A DNA stretch of 64,000 nucleotides from Lingula anatina (taxonomy: Eukaryota; Animalia; Brachiopoda). The translations under genes were made by a program, and so were the position numbers. The stretch is taken from positions 12,360,567 to 12,424,566 of the forward strand of contig CM120644.1 in NCBI GenBank assembly GCA_051362555.1, written 5' to 3'. This document shows positions 50,822 through 64,000 of the stretch, piece by piece. Below the pieces are notes generated by a model, which searched no databases, was not told the origin of the DNA, and saw only the letters and a program-made list of their open reading frames with translations. Every line of letters starts with the position of its first letter. The first letter of the stretch is position 1.

Positions 50822-52512
50822 GAGTAACTGGCGCATTTATGAATAAAAAAAATATTTTGTGATATAAATAAAGAAATAAACCCCAGTAAAACAATTACGT
50901 GCTCATAACTGCTTATTTCCGATCTCCTGGGAGAAAACGTTTAGAAGTAAACGTGTGTGACACTAGTGTATCTAAGCTATTAAAGTTGAATATTTATATG
51001 GTGCTTCTCATTCCCTCTCACCATATATTACTTGGTATCTATAATTGAAACACTTTCAGAGATATATTTAGATGATTATTTGGGCAACCTTGTGGACCGT
51101 ACAATTAATGTAATTTTATTTCATCAGGGCGGTGTTCACAACTGAAATAACTTAAACCGGAAATGTACTTGTCGGCATCACCCACAGCCGACTGTCGAGG
51201 GAATCCTGGTTTTGCAAAGAAATTGTTCGTTAGGGATTGCGTTACAGCATCGTTTGTCTATCTCACCAGTAATTTTATCTTTGAAAGCAAGGCTAAATGA
51301 ATGTACCTGTTAATATAGGTCGTTAGCAAAATAAATAAATTTAGCCTTCGTGAAACTATCGCCTTAATTGCTTACAATAGTGGAACTGAAATGTGACTAT
51401 GTTATTTGGACAAATGTTGACGCTATTTCGACGACTGAGAATACAACCGAAAAGGACCCGATTTAAGACACAATATGATAGCTTTCATGTAATAGTTTTC
51501 ATGGCACTTGTCCATACCGTTTTTCTCCCTATAACATCGATCAGTTACGGGTTTGGTCGGCATTCATACCATTAATAAGAATTAGGTCGCAAGAGGTACA
51601 TTTCGGTTACGGTAAAGCTTGCCATTGATCTCTTAATAGGGCTGTGTGATATTGTTGCATCAAAGTGCAGATTCCACGTGCTTTAAAATAGTTTACCCAC
51701 GCTTCCAGCTGGGGTCATATGACACCCATAATGAGGTATATGGTGGGTGTTGAATACGAGCAATTGTACATGTGTCAATAAATTGGTTTGCGATTTGGTC
51801 GCACTGGACTTCACAATTCACATATTTCAAACTTGTTATTGTAGCCTAGGTTGTAATGTGGTTGCAGAATATATTGTGAGGTCGGTTTCAATGTACATAT
51901 ATACTTATTTCAAAATAAATAAATGAATAGATAATAAATCATAATTAATACATAAATAATTGAATAGATAAACAAACCACAACTATCCAAAAATTTCAAT
52001 GTCAGATAAGCCCATTAGTCCAGTCTCAACAACATGGGGTTCCGACTGGTAAAGGGAATTTGCTCGAGTATGGCCTCGGCTATAATAAAGGAATTACCAG
52101 GTTGGGTTCGTAGACTCTTCTAATGGTTTTTGCTGCTTCAGTCAGATCAGATGGAAAGATACATCTACATCAGCGTTTATTCAACCCGCGGCACTACCAT
52201 ATAAGGGCATGAGAAAGCCACTTTTAAGTGATCGATATTGTTACGTACGTGAAGCAGTTCATAGTCAGTGAGGTAACACATTACGCTTATCTCTTTTAGA
52301 TTTTAAAAGCGCAAATTATAACAAACAAATACGGTAAAACATGTCCCTTGTGTAATTGTGATAAAAAGTAGAAATTGCACCGGGAAAGATTGATTTTTTA
52401 TCATACTTTAATGCTGTACAAACAAATTATATTTGCAGAAAAGAACAGCGTATGGCCAGAGTCCGTTTTGAATAACTACGCAATTGCGACACGACTCGCT
52501 TTGTCTTAAGTC

Positions 52513-52774
52513 TAAACCCCATTTCATAGGACACCATCGGTCCACAAAGATCGATCCTACTGTGCGGGGACTCTCGCTGAGTGCAACAGCTTAAATGAAT
52601 GACGCGCCTCTTCCAGGCGATGAGTAGAATACAGAAAAGCTGGTGATTATACGAGAACGTTGGAAACAAGAAGAGAGCCCCCCCCCCCCATCCCCACCCC
52701 CCACCCCAACAGAGTTGGATCGATCCATGTACGTACATGTAGACCGTCTATGGTGTCTTTGGAAATGGGGTTTA
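52513..52774. mobile_element. MITE family A variant with different termini
   Basis: taaaccccatttc..gaaatggggttta TIR; internal sequence colinear with the 50386 and 63124 copies. Confidence 0.7.
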
Positions 52775-55700
52775 AATCACCTTAAATGCGAACATACGTT
52801 GTAAATGTGTTTTAACTAAAATGATGGCAGCGCGCCTGATTTATAAGATAATTAACTCCATACTTTCGAAAGCGAATACGTCATCCAGTGACTTTGTTGC
52901 TTTAAATCGCCCGCAGCGGGCTTGTTCATCTTTTAAAGCGAAATCGATGTCAATGCTGCTCAGAGACAAATGGGCCGAATTTCGTGTGGTGAAATAAAAA
53001 GCCTCTTAAAAGTGTTAAGGCCTTAATTGACTTTAAAAGTCGAGAAAACAAGAAAACCAAGGTTATATACATTAATGCATTTGTATAGCTTTTACATTAA
53101 ACCAGCTATTCCCGATGTTTAAAATACGTCAATTCCCTTTTAGTGCTACCACTTTTATGCTTTGAAATATTGCATATATATAATATAGCCAAAGTACCTC
53201 GGAGGTGCATACATGTATATATCACGTTTCTTGCTTACGTCAATGCAAAGTGATGGAAGCCGTATTAGTAGCTGAGTTCCAGTTCAGGATTATGCAGGAT
53301 AGTTTCCTCCACGACATTTAAATGACACAGTGTGAACTGGATATCTAACCGGACCGGTTCAAGTGTACAGAATATATTGCACTCTTCAATAAATGGCCCT
53401 TTGCATTCAACATGCACTTAGACTAGAATTTGGACAACCCGCCGCTGTGAGGTACTTGCGGTAGTTTGGTCTCCTTGATTTCGTTCGACATTAAATTAGG
53501 GGTATTCCAAATGGACAGATCACTCAACTATAATCACCAAGTAGCAATAAATGGGCGTTTTAGCATATTAGCCGGAGGTGGTGACTTTTTTACATGTAAC
53601 ACAAGGACAAAATTGGCACTTAGTGTACTTGGATGCATCGTTACAGGGCCATGCAGTTTCAGTAACGCAATATCAAAGCGTGACTGGAAACGTTGGAGGC
53701 AATCGATGCGGCAAACTACATGTATTAAAAGCCACGGTTGGGCGTTTGGTACATCCGTTATTCCGGAGCCTGACTTAATTGTAGTCTCCATTTAAATAGT
53801 CGCACCATATCAAGATCTCTGATGCAGAACCCTAATAGTGACCAGGCCATATAATATATTCGGATGCTTGATTGCGTTATGCGGTCAGCCCGCTTCCTTT
53901 TAAAAGCTAAAATTATCGGTTCAGCATTTAAAGACATGCCTGCATGTAGGAGGATGGCTCACTAGCACTAAGTACACTGTTATTTAATTTACACCAGATG
54001 TTATGCATGGTTTGTTACTTTCCTTAGAAAATTAAGCCTACTTTTTTGTAACAAACTAGATATTTCAGTACTTTAATTTGATTAATCAATTTGAATTATG
54101 CATGTGCGCCTACTTCTTAATATGTACTTTAAGCTTCGGAACTGTGGCATTTGCTGTTGTCGTGTTTCTAGATGCAGATGAATCTACTTTTGGCTATTTG
54201 GTACCTGAAAGAAATAAACATACCAACCCTATCAAGTTTCCCTTATTTTAACAATGCGGCGTGACTTTGATTTTATTCGGGCGTGTAAGTATGAAATGTA
54301 CACGCCACAACGTTATCCGGTAAAACCACCTACATGTACATATACAAATAGGAGCGGTGCGTGGGGAAACTGTAAATGTTGAAATCCAATCTACTTCTCT
54401 CATTCTTGGTCCTGACTCTATTCGGTATCCGTTTTTTTTTCATTTTCTTTATTTTTTTTTGTATACGTATTTCTATTATCACATTCATCAATTATTTTTT
54501 TTCGCACAATCTTGTATTTTTTAATGATGAAAATTCAGTAATCGCAATCGCTTACATGTTCTAGAAAACACATTTTCTGCCAAATTTATGTCGCTTTATA
54601 AAAAAAGTTAATCGATGATATTTAATAACTCGTATATCTGTATAGCTTAACCTAAGTCTATGGTTAGAGATGCAGACAAAATGCAACTCTTTACTTTGCG
54701 GTCGACCACACCAGTTAATATATCCAAAACTTCAGCACTGTAGACGAGACAAACACCCTGCTTCCATGTTTACCAAGTTTAATGAGTTTGGTAGATGAAA
54801 GTGATCAAAAACTCTTAAGAAGGGTGGCAGGATGAAAAAATGGTGAAAGGATTGCCTGCAGTAACGACTTTTATGTCTGTCTTAAATATTATTATATTTT
54901 GGTTAACTGAATTTCAAAGTGTTTTTAAATTTAGGACGTACTTCTACGCTATTAATTGTAAGTCGCCAATGCTCAATATTCCAAAAGTTCATCAATATCT
55001 CAATTTATAGAATTGTATTAACTTTTCACCAATTGTTCATGACTGGTGTGAAGTTACAATTACTTGTGGATTCACTTAATAAATCTTGGCAACTAAGGTT
55101 GTACCACTTTCAAGGTTTGAAAACCCAAATATAATCACCCGAATCGATATGATCCTCTGAATAAGTTTTCATTTAGATCTTCTCAAGCACTTGTGGTCCA
55201 CGGCAGAATGACCTATACGCTGGTTCGTTGGTACTTAAAGGAAGTAAAACTGTACATGTGATTGGTTCTTAAAGAGCTAAATATAACCATGTAATCTTGT
55301 CTGCATTTAATGGTAGAATGAATAGCGTTATGTCCTACTGCAAAATTGATACACTGTATAAGGTTTCAGATTAAATGAGTCTTGGCTTGACTCAAGGCAG
55401 TGTGGGTTCTACCGTGTGTTCCCTGTTTGTCTGTGCGTGTGCTTGCGTGTATGATGCGCAAAAGAACCAAAGGGCGCACGAATTAATAAAATGTAAATTA
55501 ATGGACTTGATAATTTAATAAATGCAAAGCAGCAGAAATACCCTATTCATATTTCAGCGAAACGCTGGCGTCATGTGGACATTGGACTTTTAAGACAACC
55601 TCGAACCGCGGTCTTTTCGCCATCACAACCTATTATAATTCATATTCCAGTGTTATTCAATTACTCTAGATGTCGTACTTTTCACTTCAATCACTTCTTT

Positions 55701-58001
55701 ACCTAATCCACTCCCAAATACTCCAAAGAAAAGGCATTATATCTAAAACCGTATGGCCAAGAAAACAAATGGTATCTAATAGCCAGCTTAATACCCAATA
55801 TGGTACTATTGATCGTTAGTTGTCTATTTCTAGCATCATATAACATCCCGTTGGAGTAATCTTAGAGTGATTATTTTCTTTATGTCGGTTTTTCTGGAAC
55901 AAGTATTGCCTTTTTACTGTAGCTTAATTAGTCCATCATACCATGTGTAGTTTACGTTAGTCGTCCATCACGACGGGGCGTAATTTGCTTAAAGGATTTT
56001 AGGGTTGAAAGCACAGTTAACTAAAAGTGCGGTTTTCAATATTTCCAAGACAATATTTAGATCACTCTACATCTTCTGCACTATTATATTCTTTGCCGTT
56101 ATATATATATATACAAGTAGTTCTGGAATATACGCCGGGGTATGGTTTCAAACACAGGTTTTCACACTTTGAACGAGATTTTGAAGGGAAAAAACAACGC
56201 AAACTGTGAACCAATTATTGCCAGTCAAATTCTACTCACTGCTTGAAACAATCGCCATGGGAAATGCTGCCATTAAGATATCAAATTAGTAAGAAAGATT
56301 GTGCCACTTATTTACGCAGACCTGTCCGCTCTCATTTATTTGTTGGCGTATTGGTAAATTGGACCGCTATATACCCGGTAAAAGCCAGGTGCAGCCAAGA
56401 ACAGATTGTTCCCTCCCTAATGAACGGAACTGAAAAAAGAATGCCTTATTCTCGATGAGTTGTTTATTTTCTTGCCAGACCTAACAATTACAATGTATTA
56501 TGCTTATTTGACATTTTCCTATAAATTTTCAGTCTCCAGGAAAAATTTGTCACTTGATATATGACAGACAGCCTTCACCGTCGAAGTCAGCTTTTTACTG
56601 TAAGGGCAGTAATGGCCACTAGATGGCAGAACGTTCGCTGCTAAAAAAAGGATTAGATGTCATTATTCGTGTTTTCTCAGCACTACAAGCCACACAATAG
56701 CGTCATTATTTTGTTCATTGTAAAGGTTGCCGTGGTTTAAAAACAACATCGTGTCGTTACATCAAATGCCAAACACAAAGTAAAACAAAACAATGCCACA
56801 TTCGTTACTTAATTATTTTCCTGCAAAGTTTTTTTCCCTTTTCCCCTTTTCTTTTTTATTATCACGAAGGCTCAATTTGCAAAACGAGTCATTATCATTA
56901 ATTTAATTTAGGATATTGTGCTCAAAGATGTCGTTAGAACATTTCACTTGAACGCGTTAAGTATTCTTTTCTGAATAAATCTTGCCAAATGCTGATATTC
57001 CACTACCTTTGATAGAAACAAGTGAAAAATTAAAGAACTTTACTTGCGATTGGTGGATAGAGAATGCTTTTGCAAAGAACGCGCACATATCTCTACTGAA
57101 CAACACTGTTTACAAAAACGTAGCGTGTACGTTACTTTGGTAAAGTTGATGAAACACAACGAAAAGGCTGTGTACATTAAACACAAAAAGGTAAATTGTA
57201 TCATGCTAATTATATTCCACTATAAAAGGTCACAAATCACCAAAAACAAACCAATGCGGCAAATGAGATTTTGCCAAATCAAGGATGAAAACCTTCAGGC
57301 CATGAAGCTTCAAAAGTCCCATGAGATAAGGTACGACAGTAATAAGTTACATCTAAGACCAATGATTTATTGAGTATCATATCGTTAATGTATTTAATGT
57401 TGAAGATAAATCTACTTATATGAAACGGCTAAGACCTTTCAGATTGATGGGCCTTTAAGACATTGGACAAACTAAGATATTTTGACGGTGGAGTTTCCAC
57501 AGTTTCCATGATGTCGGTTTAGTTCTCGTGTACATGTGCATCATGATTTGAACAATGGCTTTTAGAAAGCCCTTCACGCCTTAGCACATTTCACTCAGCC
57601 GTAGTAACTCACAGAAAGTGACACACTCACACTTTTTAACGGACGCTTGAGGGATCATCCATTTATACACGCTATAAACATTTGTTACGCACGCCAACAC
57701 GCTATGCACCCGTGGGCCCGGCACGGATCCTCTTGCACGTGCACGTTGTATTTAGCACCAAACAAATGCATGCGCATTGAGAAAAAAATGCCCTGACAAG
57801 GAGAAGCGGTTCCAGTTATAATTAGGTTCATTTAACGCTTGATCTAGTTAACAGTTAGTGTTATCTGATCGGTCGATATGTCCCAATGTAATTACAGCGC
57901 TTAGTTTCGGCTTGATGCCATGCAGTGAGGGATTTTGATCTCATCGGAGAGTGATTGAGCGGCCGGTCAGTAGAATGATGGAAAAGAGAGACCAGGTCTA
58001 A

Positions 58002-58129
58002 GGGCTCATCCCCATTGAAACGATCGGTCTACGTAGATCGATCCTCCTTCTGTATTCTACTCAAAGGCAGGAGGCGGCGTGTTAAATTAATTGATTTCAG
58101 CGGGCGATAGGTACAATGGGAATGAGCCC
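58002..58129. mobile_element. MITE family A, internally deleted copy
   Basis: gggctcatccccattg / caatgggaatgagccc TIR with a perfect TAA target-site duplication. Confidence 0.8.
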
Positions 58130-59385
58130 TAAATAAAGCACCTCTGATTAACATTGCACACCGATTTAGGATATAACTTCATATTCGTCTATACATGCAC
58201 TCGTCTAACAAACACATCACCCCTTTTCTTATAGCCGAGCTTTCGTGTTTTATTCACAATTGCGAAACAAACCCGTAGAAAGGACGAAGAACTACGAAAT
58301 AAATGCTGGTAAAACAGATTTTTCATTGTCTGTAGTATCTATACGTAAGTTTTGTTCCAGAAATAAACAACCAGAGCGTTTTCTGATTTTGTTAAATGTG
58401 TGTTTGCTTAATATAGATTTTCAAATAGAATTTTCTATATAATAACCATATTAAAGATATTAATTACAAACTTTGTTACACGAATACAGCAAAGGTTAAG
58501 ATGGAGATCAACAATGTTTTTCACACAGCTAACGTAGACTGATCGATTTGAAAAAAATTGAAGTCCATTTTTCCTGATGGGCTGACCTTTGGGTTGATTG
58601 CCTTGAACATGGTCGAAATAATTTACCGTATAAAGATAAAAGTGGAAAAAGATGCAGATCAGCCGTGTGATTTACGGAACTCACGGAGGTCTAATCGTTT
58701 TCAGAATAACGATTTTTTTGTTCAGTGATTGGTGATTGGGTTAAGTGCACTTGACATACTCAACCTAAAACAAAGCGTCGAACATCCAGATAACAGAGGA
58801 CCGCTATCGCCCCAAACAGCAAGGGCCCTATGTGTATAGTTTTAGATTAAAAAAGACTTTAACACCAGAGGATGGGTAGACACAGGGGGATAACATATCA
58901 AAAATGATAATCTCTAACAGAGTGTAACCCATAAACGGGTTGTCTGTTGGATGCCTTTAAAAGTAAAACGCTTCGCAACTTTTATATAGTATACGCCATT
59001 AAACTAGTACTAGTATGGCCTGCATATCTCATACATGCAAGGCGTGGTCTTGGTTCAGACCAAAACCCCAAATCGCCTTCAAAAATTAATAATAATTACC
59101 TCTTTCCAAGCAAGTTTTCTACTTTTAACCCGCTCCATACCATACCAGTACGTTGAACTTGGTATCCGTTGGACTGTAAGTTTATACTTTCGCTTTGATA
59201 CCAAGACGAATGAACTAAAGGTTTTCCTTACGGCACTCCACCATTATGCTTTGATCAAAATGTAAATAGTTACCTGTTCCCTTTCTTATAGGACCGACTC
59301 CCATTTAAGTCACAAGATGTCTTACTAATTAGTTTTGGTTGATAGGAAACTGCGGAGACGAGCGTGCCTGATGAACTAAAGCTGG

Positions 59386-59409
59386 TGACGTCAGTGTTTC
59401 CATGGTAAC
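59386..59409. promoter_or_regulatory. Adjacent CRE (TGACGTCA) and RFX X-box (GTTTCCATGGTAAC)
   Basis: Both match consensus and are 2 bp apart; function is inferred only. Confidence 0.55.
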
Positions 59410-60279
59410 CGAGACTAGAAAGAATACATCACGTCTTTGATAGTGACAATGGCGAAGTAACTAACTGGGATCAGGAAACAAAATTAGATTGTCTAAATTC
59501 CATTTTGAATCGAACAAGACCATTCGGATAAGGATAACGTCACTAAGAAGAAACGTCTTACTTTTGGGAATTCTACTGTAAAAAGTGAAAAGAAACAAGC
59601 CATCCGTATCAGTCACAATGCCTAGTCGTTCACTTAAATCCTGACAGAATCATTAAAACTGCTAATTGGACATATGTGCGATAACTTTAAAAAGTAATTA
59701 TAAACTGGACTATATAAACAGAGAAAACGCCCCCCCCCCTTCTTCGATAGAGATAAACGTCATCTTTAAAAAAAAAAAAAAAAAAAAAACCTCAACATCC
59801 AAGAACCATATAGTGTCAGCCAAGCAGACAGAATGCCTTACTTGTGTCCAGTAATTGTATTGATGAGAGGAGTAAATGAATTTCACGCGGCACTGGGGAG
59901 CTAATGACACCGGTGTTCGCAAGGTATTTTGACTGGAAATCTATTTGTCCTTGAAAAATATATGTCACACTTATAATGCAGTTTCAATGTATTGGAAGCT
60001 GCAGCCATTTGCATGCAAATTAACTCAGATTATGTCGTAATTTTTTAGCTGTTCCAAGCTGTTTTTGTTTTTCTACATTGGACCACTCAGTATCAGGCAA
60101 CGTGTCCCACGCCTCACTGTCCGTATTCTTTCACAATTATTTTACTTCCACGCATACATGAAATTACTGAACAACTATGATCAAACGGATCCCATGTATA
60201 TCTCACATTATACATGTGTACTATGTTATTTTTTCTAAGTATGATTTGTGTTATAGTTGAACTAATTAATGTTATATCA

Positions 60280-60312
<33 letters not shown>

Positions 60313-61051
60313 CAGTTAACTTATTCTATTTACATGTACTAAAGAAAGGAAGCTTATTTTTCTGGGCCACCAGCTACGACTGGAAAAAAGTTGTTCACAT
60401 CAACATTTCAAAGCGTCCCGATAAAGAGAAAACGTAGCCAGCCGAGGTTTGGATGGAGGACCACCACACAAAAAAGGTCAAGAAAAATTTTTATAGAGGT
60501 CACGAGGGCAGCAGTTGATATATTAAAAGAAGTGGAGGGGGTTGGTCCATGTAGTACTATACCGACAATCTTCTATATAGGGATGATCGGGCTGCTGCTG
60601 ATGATGAATTGACGTGATTCGCGTTGTGCTGTACACACGTTAGCTTTTCCTGAACACAATTGCAACTCGAGCATGCACACATATTCACTGATCAGGAAAG
60701 TACTATTAAAAAAAAAACGAATGTTCCAAAAAAGTAAAATGAAGCATATTTTTATTTCGCCTGGCATCACGATCGATCCGATACAGCTAGTACAGGACGA
60801 GAGTTTCAAAGAAACAATTATTTCCAAAATCCCAGTGGCTAACCAGAAAGCGAAGACTTGTCTTTCTTGACGGCTCTTGTACTGTTCACGCTTTGATGCC
60901 GGTATAAATCATTTTTGCTGAGTCATGCTGACGAAAAAAGAATTCCAAAGATACGGTCACTGGTATAGCTGCGTCCCAATTCTCCCCATTTGTTTCATTT
61001 GTAATAAACGGCAGTTTAGTATTGTATGTTATAAAAACGTTATCCGATTAA

Positions 61052-61052
<1 letters not shown>

Positions 61053-61092
<40 letters not shown>
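61053..61092. repeat. (TAT)n microsatellite
   Basis: Seen directly. Confidence 0.9.
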
Positions 61093-61094
<2 letters not shown>

Positions 61095-62005
61095 TTTAGT
61101 TGCAACGTGTATTTGCATTCAGTTATATGGTATGGAGTGTATGGTGCAAGCTTTGCAATTTTCCTAGACCATACAGAACGAGGTCCAGAGTTTATATGTA
61201 TTTGCAGTTTTAAATAATTGCTAATTATCAGACAAGAACATTGTTTCCAAAGGAGAATACATTAGGCATGTCATTTTCAACTTCGAGTAGTATGTTAGTG
61301 CAACGGCACTTACATTTGATAACCTTTTGCACTTCAAGAATAACAGCACGGAGTATGGATCTCTTAACACCGTGTATTGTCATTGCCGGCAGGGCTATCT
61401 CTGACATTCTCGGTATCACGTAGAAACAAATTTACATCCCCTATCAGCTGTTAAAGTCGTTTTTGCTACTTTTGGCGCTCCCTGGGGATGTCATTAATAC
61501 AACTAGGCAGTAATCAGCTGCGACTTTTTAAGACTGGGGCGAAAACTGTTGTGTTGCTTTGGGAAAGTATTGCCCATATGACTATGTCTGGCATCCATTC
61601 GATTCCGGATCTACTAGTAATGGTACCGGTCGTATTCTAGGGTACAGTGCAATAAAAGTCCGATGCACACAATATCCTATTAGCCTGCATTTATATTTAA
61701 AGGCGGATTTGGTCATTAATAAACAGGTAACCCAAAACGCCCACAGAAACTGAAGTAATGTTCGCTTATTAATTCTACCCATCTGCCTTACGAGGTAACA
61801 CGCTAGCTACACATTAATGACAGAATTCGAGCAAAGAACACATCTTCTGACATTTAAAATGTATTTTTTCTCTCTTCTTTTTGCGGCAAGTCATGACAAA
61901 GAACACCGAGTTTACCGAAGCCTTGCGTGAGCTTCGGCAATCAAATGGGCCTAACGTAAGTAGAAAACCCAGCTGCGTTTTAATTGGAAGCTAAGGGCAC
62001 CTTGG

Positions 62006-62110
62006 CGAGCAGGATCTGGAGACAGTTCAGACGCTTCCGAATTTAAAACGAGCAGGAGTTGGAGACAGTTCAGACGCTTCCGAATTAAAAAAAAAAAAAA
62101 AAAAAAAAAA
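62006..62110. repeat. 43-bp tandem duplication ending in poly(A)
   Basis: cgagcagga..tggagacagttcagacgcttccgaatt at 62006 and 62049. Confidence 0.85.
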
Positions 62111-63123
62111 CGGCAAACGGTATGTCAACCAGGATTGAAAGCGTCTGGTGCACATCGGGGCTTTTTTTGCAGTGGTCGATTTAGTAAGGAAATTAAGGAA
62201 ACCCCGCTCTAACTGTTCAGTCGTTTGCTTTCCTAGTTACTGTATTAAGTGGTGTTATAAGATGTCTTAATTCAGGCCCATTTTCTGTTACGTTTGAAAA
62301 AGTACAAGCCACCTTGTATGTTAGTTTCAGAGCTGCCACCTGCTCAGGCAAAAAACTCATAAACCCATAAAAACCTGCTGTGGCTTAGATTAATTTACGA
62401 AACTCTTTTCTGGAATTAAGACGGAGATTGTACGTCCACGTTTTAATCTCGTCTAAATACTAAGCACATGCTGGATAGAAGGAAATGGTAACTACTTATG
62501 ATTTTATAAAACTAGAGACTAATATGTTTAGGTGAAACTTTGATCTATTTTGTGACTTCGAATGAATTTTTGAAACTATCATTTGCAAAAGGAGATCGTG
62601 CATACGTGTTTTATCACGTACTAATTTAATCACAACTGCCGGATGGATGAAATTGGTCATTAATTATGAGTTTATGAAAACGTTAAGTAATGCAATATGT
62701 TAGAAGCTGTAATCTTCAAACATAAGCATATGTAATATTCATAAAAATAGAGAAACAACAATTTTAATTTCATGGTGCAGCTGTTAGTGACGATGGTAGT
62801 GCTGAAGAGGGGTGGGAGGTGGGTAGTAGAGGAGCGGCATTAACGTTTTCGTCGTTTATCAAATTTACTCTAAAACGATTTCTCTTTCTTTCTTTCTCTC
62901 TTTTTTTCGCTATCTCTTTCATTTCAAATGCCACAAGATCCTTTTTGATGAAAGCAATAATACATATCATGATATAAGCCGAGTAATGGGTCGAGGCTGT
63001 CTGAATGATCTACGATAACTCATTGGAATGGCACAGGCTAGGTCGTGACCGAACAGGCACAGTACCGTCAGCGAAGAACGCAATCTGAAAATTCCCTCTC
63101 TGAGGCTATAAAACAAAATCTTA

Positions 63124-63372
63124 GGGTTCATTCCCGATGAAACTAGCGTTCTACATAGATCGATCCACCTCCGTGGGGACTCTGGGTGAATGTAGTCAGA
63201 TTGAGACATTAACATGCTTCCTCCTGGCGTCGAATAGAATACAGAAAAACCGGTGAATATACGAGTGTGTTGGAAACAAGAGGATCGAGTCGTTAATCTG
63301 ATTTGCGTTCAGAGAGGATTCCTGGAGTTAGATCTATCTACGTAGAACGACAGTTTCATAGGGAATGAACCC
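63124..63372. mobile_element. Harbinger-like MITE, family A
   Basis: gggttcattccc / gggaatgaaccc TIR, flanked by TTA/TCA; colinear with the 50386 copy. Confidence 0.8.
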
Positions 63373-63968
63373 TCAGACGCTTTTCTAGAGGCCATTGGCC
63401 CTTATATATATAAAATTATAACACCGGGGTTAAATTAAGGCCTTTAAGGTTATTTACACAACTGATGAGAAAAGGTTCTGAAAAATAGAATCAATTTCCG
63501 TGGTTCTTTATCTCTTATTCTCTATTTCTGTCTCGCCCCTTTCCGTAGATAAGATATGTGATACTCAACACGGAAGGCAGTGGTCTAAAGGCAATGGCCT
63601 TTAGTGCAAATTCTATCCACTGCTTTACGTCATTACATACCTAGAGATATTATGTCACCTTGGCGAAACGCACTTTCTTCCGCTTTAGGGGGTATTGGTC
63701 TGTGAAATGCAGACATTTTCTCTTGTTATGCATGTCAGTAAAATAACTAACTGGGTTGTAAACTGCGACCCTCTCGCGATATAATGCCTTGAACAACTCT
63801 CGCTGACGCTTTGGGTATTTAGGCATATATGACACTGGAGGTGTTCTGGTATATGCAAGAGGGTGTCACCTCTGATACTTCGAAGTGCGTACTGGTACAC
63901 GCCCTGAAATCCGGTAGCCTGATCCGATCTACGCGGAATTCTGGATCTTCCCCTTCCGAGTCTGGTAG

Positions 63969-64000
63969 CAGGGGCGGATCCAGGATTATTTGAAGGGGGG
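63969..64000 (+). mobile_element. Start of a hAT-like non-autonomous element (truncated by the window end)
   Basis: caggggcggatccagga..gggggg terminus; a related degenerate element with gatccacccctg lies at about 20452-20617. Confidence 0.5.

Noticed and set aside
53466-63900. Short 60-110 aa ORFs upstream of the GPCR
   Set aside because: No domain-like motifs, no consistent splice chain, and lengths expected by chance.

Overview
AT-rich, intron-containing animal genomic DNA from an invertebrate bilaterian; lophotrochozoan-like is a guess from the repeat content. It is not prokaryotic, and there is no CRISPR array, operon, rRNA or tRNA. Three protein-coding genes can be supported. (1) The 3' part of a WIP/verprolin-family (WIPF) actin regulator on + (exons 2586-2723, 4867-5859, 6149-6253, 7961-8004); its first WH2 exon(s) lie left of the window. 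(2) A complete 15-coding-exon GPR155/LYCHOS gene on - (35066 to 22366: PIN-like permease, 7TM with LED loop, DEP domain). (3) A class A aminergic GPCR with an intronless CDS and 5-HT1-like features on - (47792 to 46284). The gap between the convergent WIP and GPR155 3' ends holds decayed LINEs, TTAA-flanked elements, a probable transposase relic and a G-rich minisatellite. The 16 kb upstream of the GPCR is non-coding, with clustered Harbinger-like MITEs and an adjacent CRE + RFX X-box. I cannot show a new biological system. The best leads are hypotheses: (a) several phase-1 candidate alternative last exons in a WIP intron that would give short WH2-only isoforms, two with membrane-targeting-like tails; (b) a natural Glu-to-Gln change at a cholesterol-sensing position of LYCHOS, plus in-frame alternative donors that toggle a Cys cluster in its effector loop; (c) an X-box/CRE candidate promoter for an atypical serotonin-like receptor. 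All splice sites were read by eye and checked for phase; none is confirmed by transcript data.
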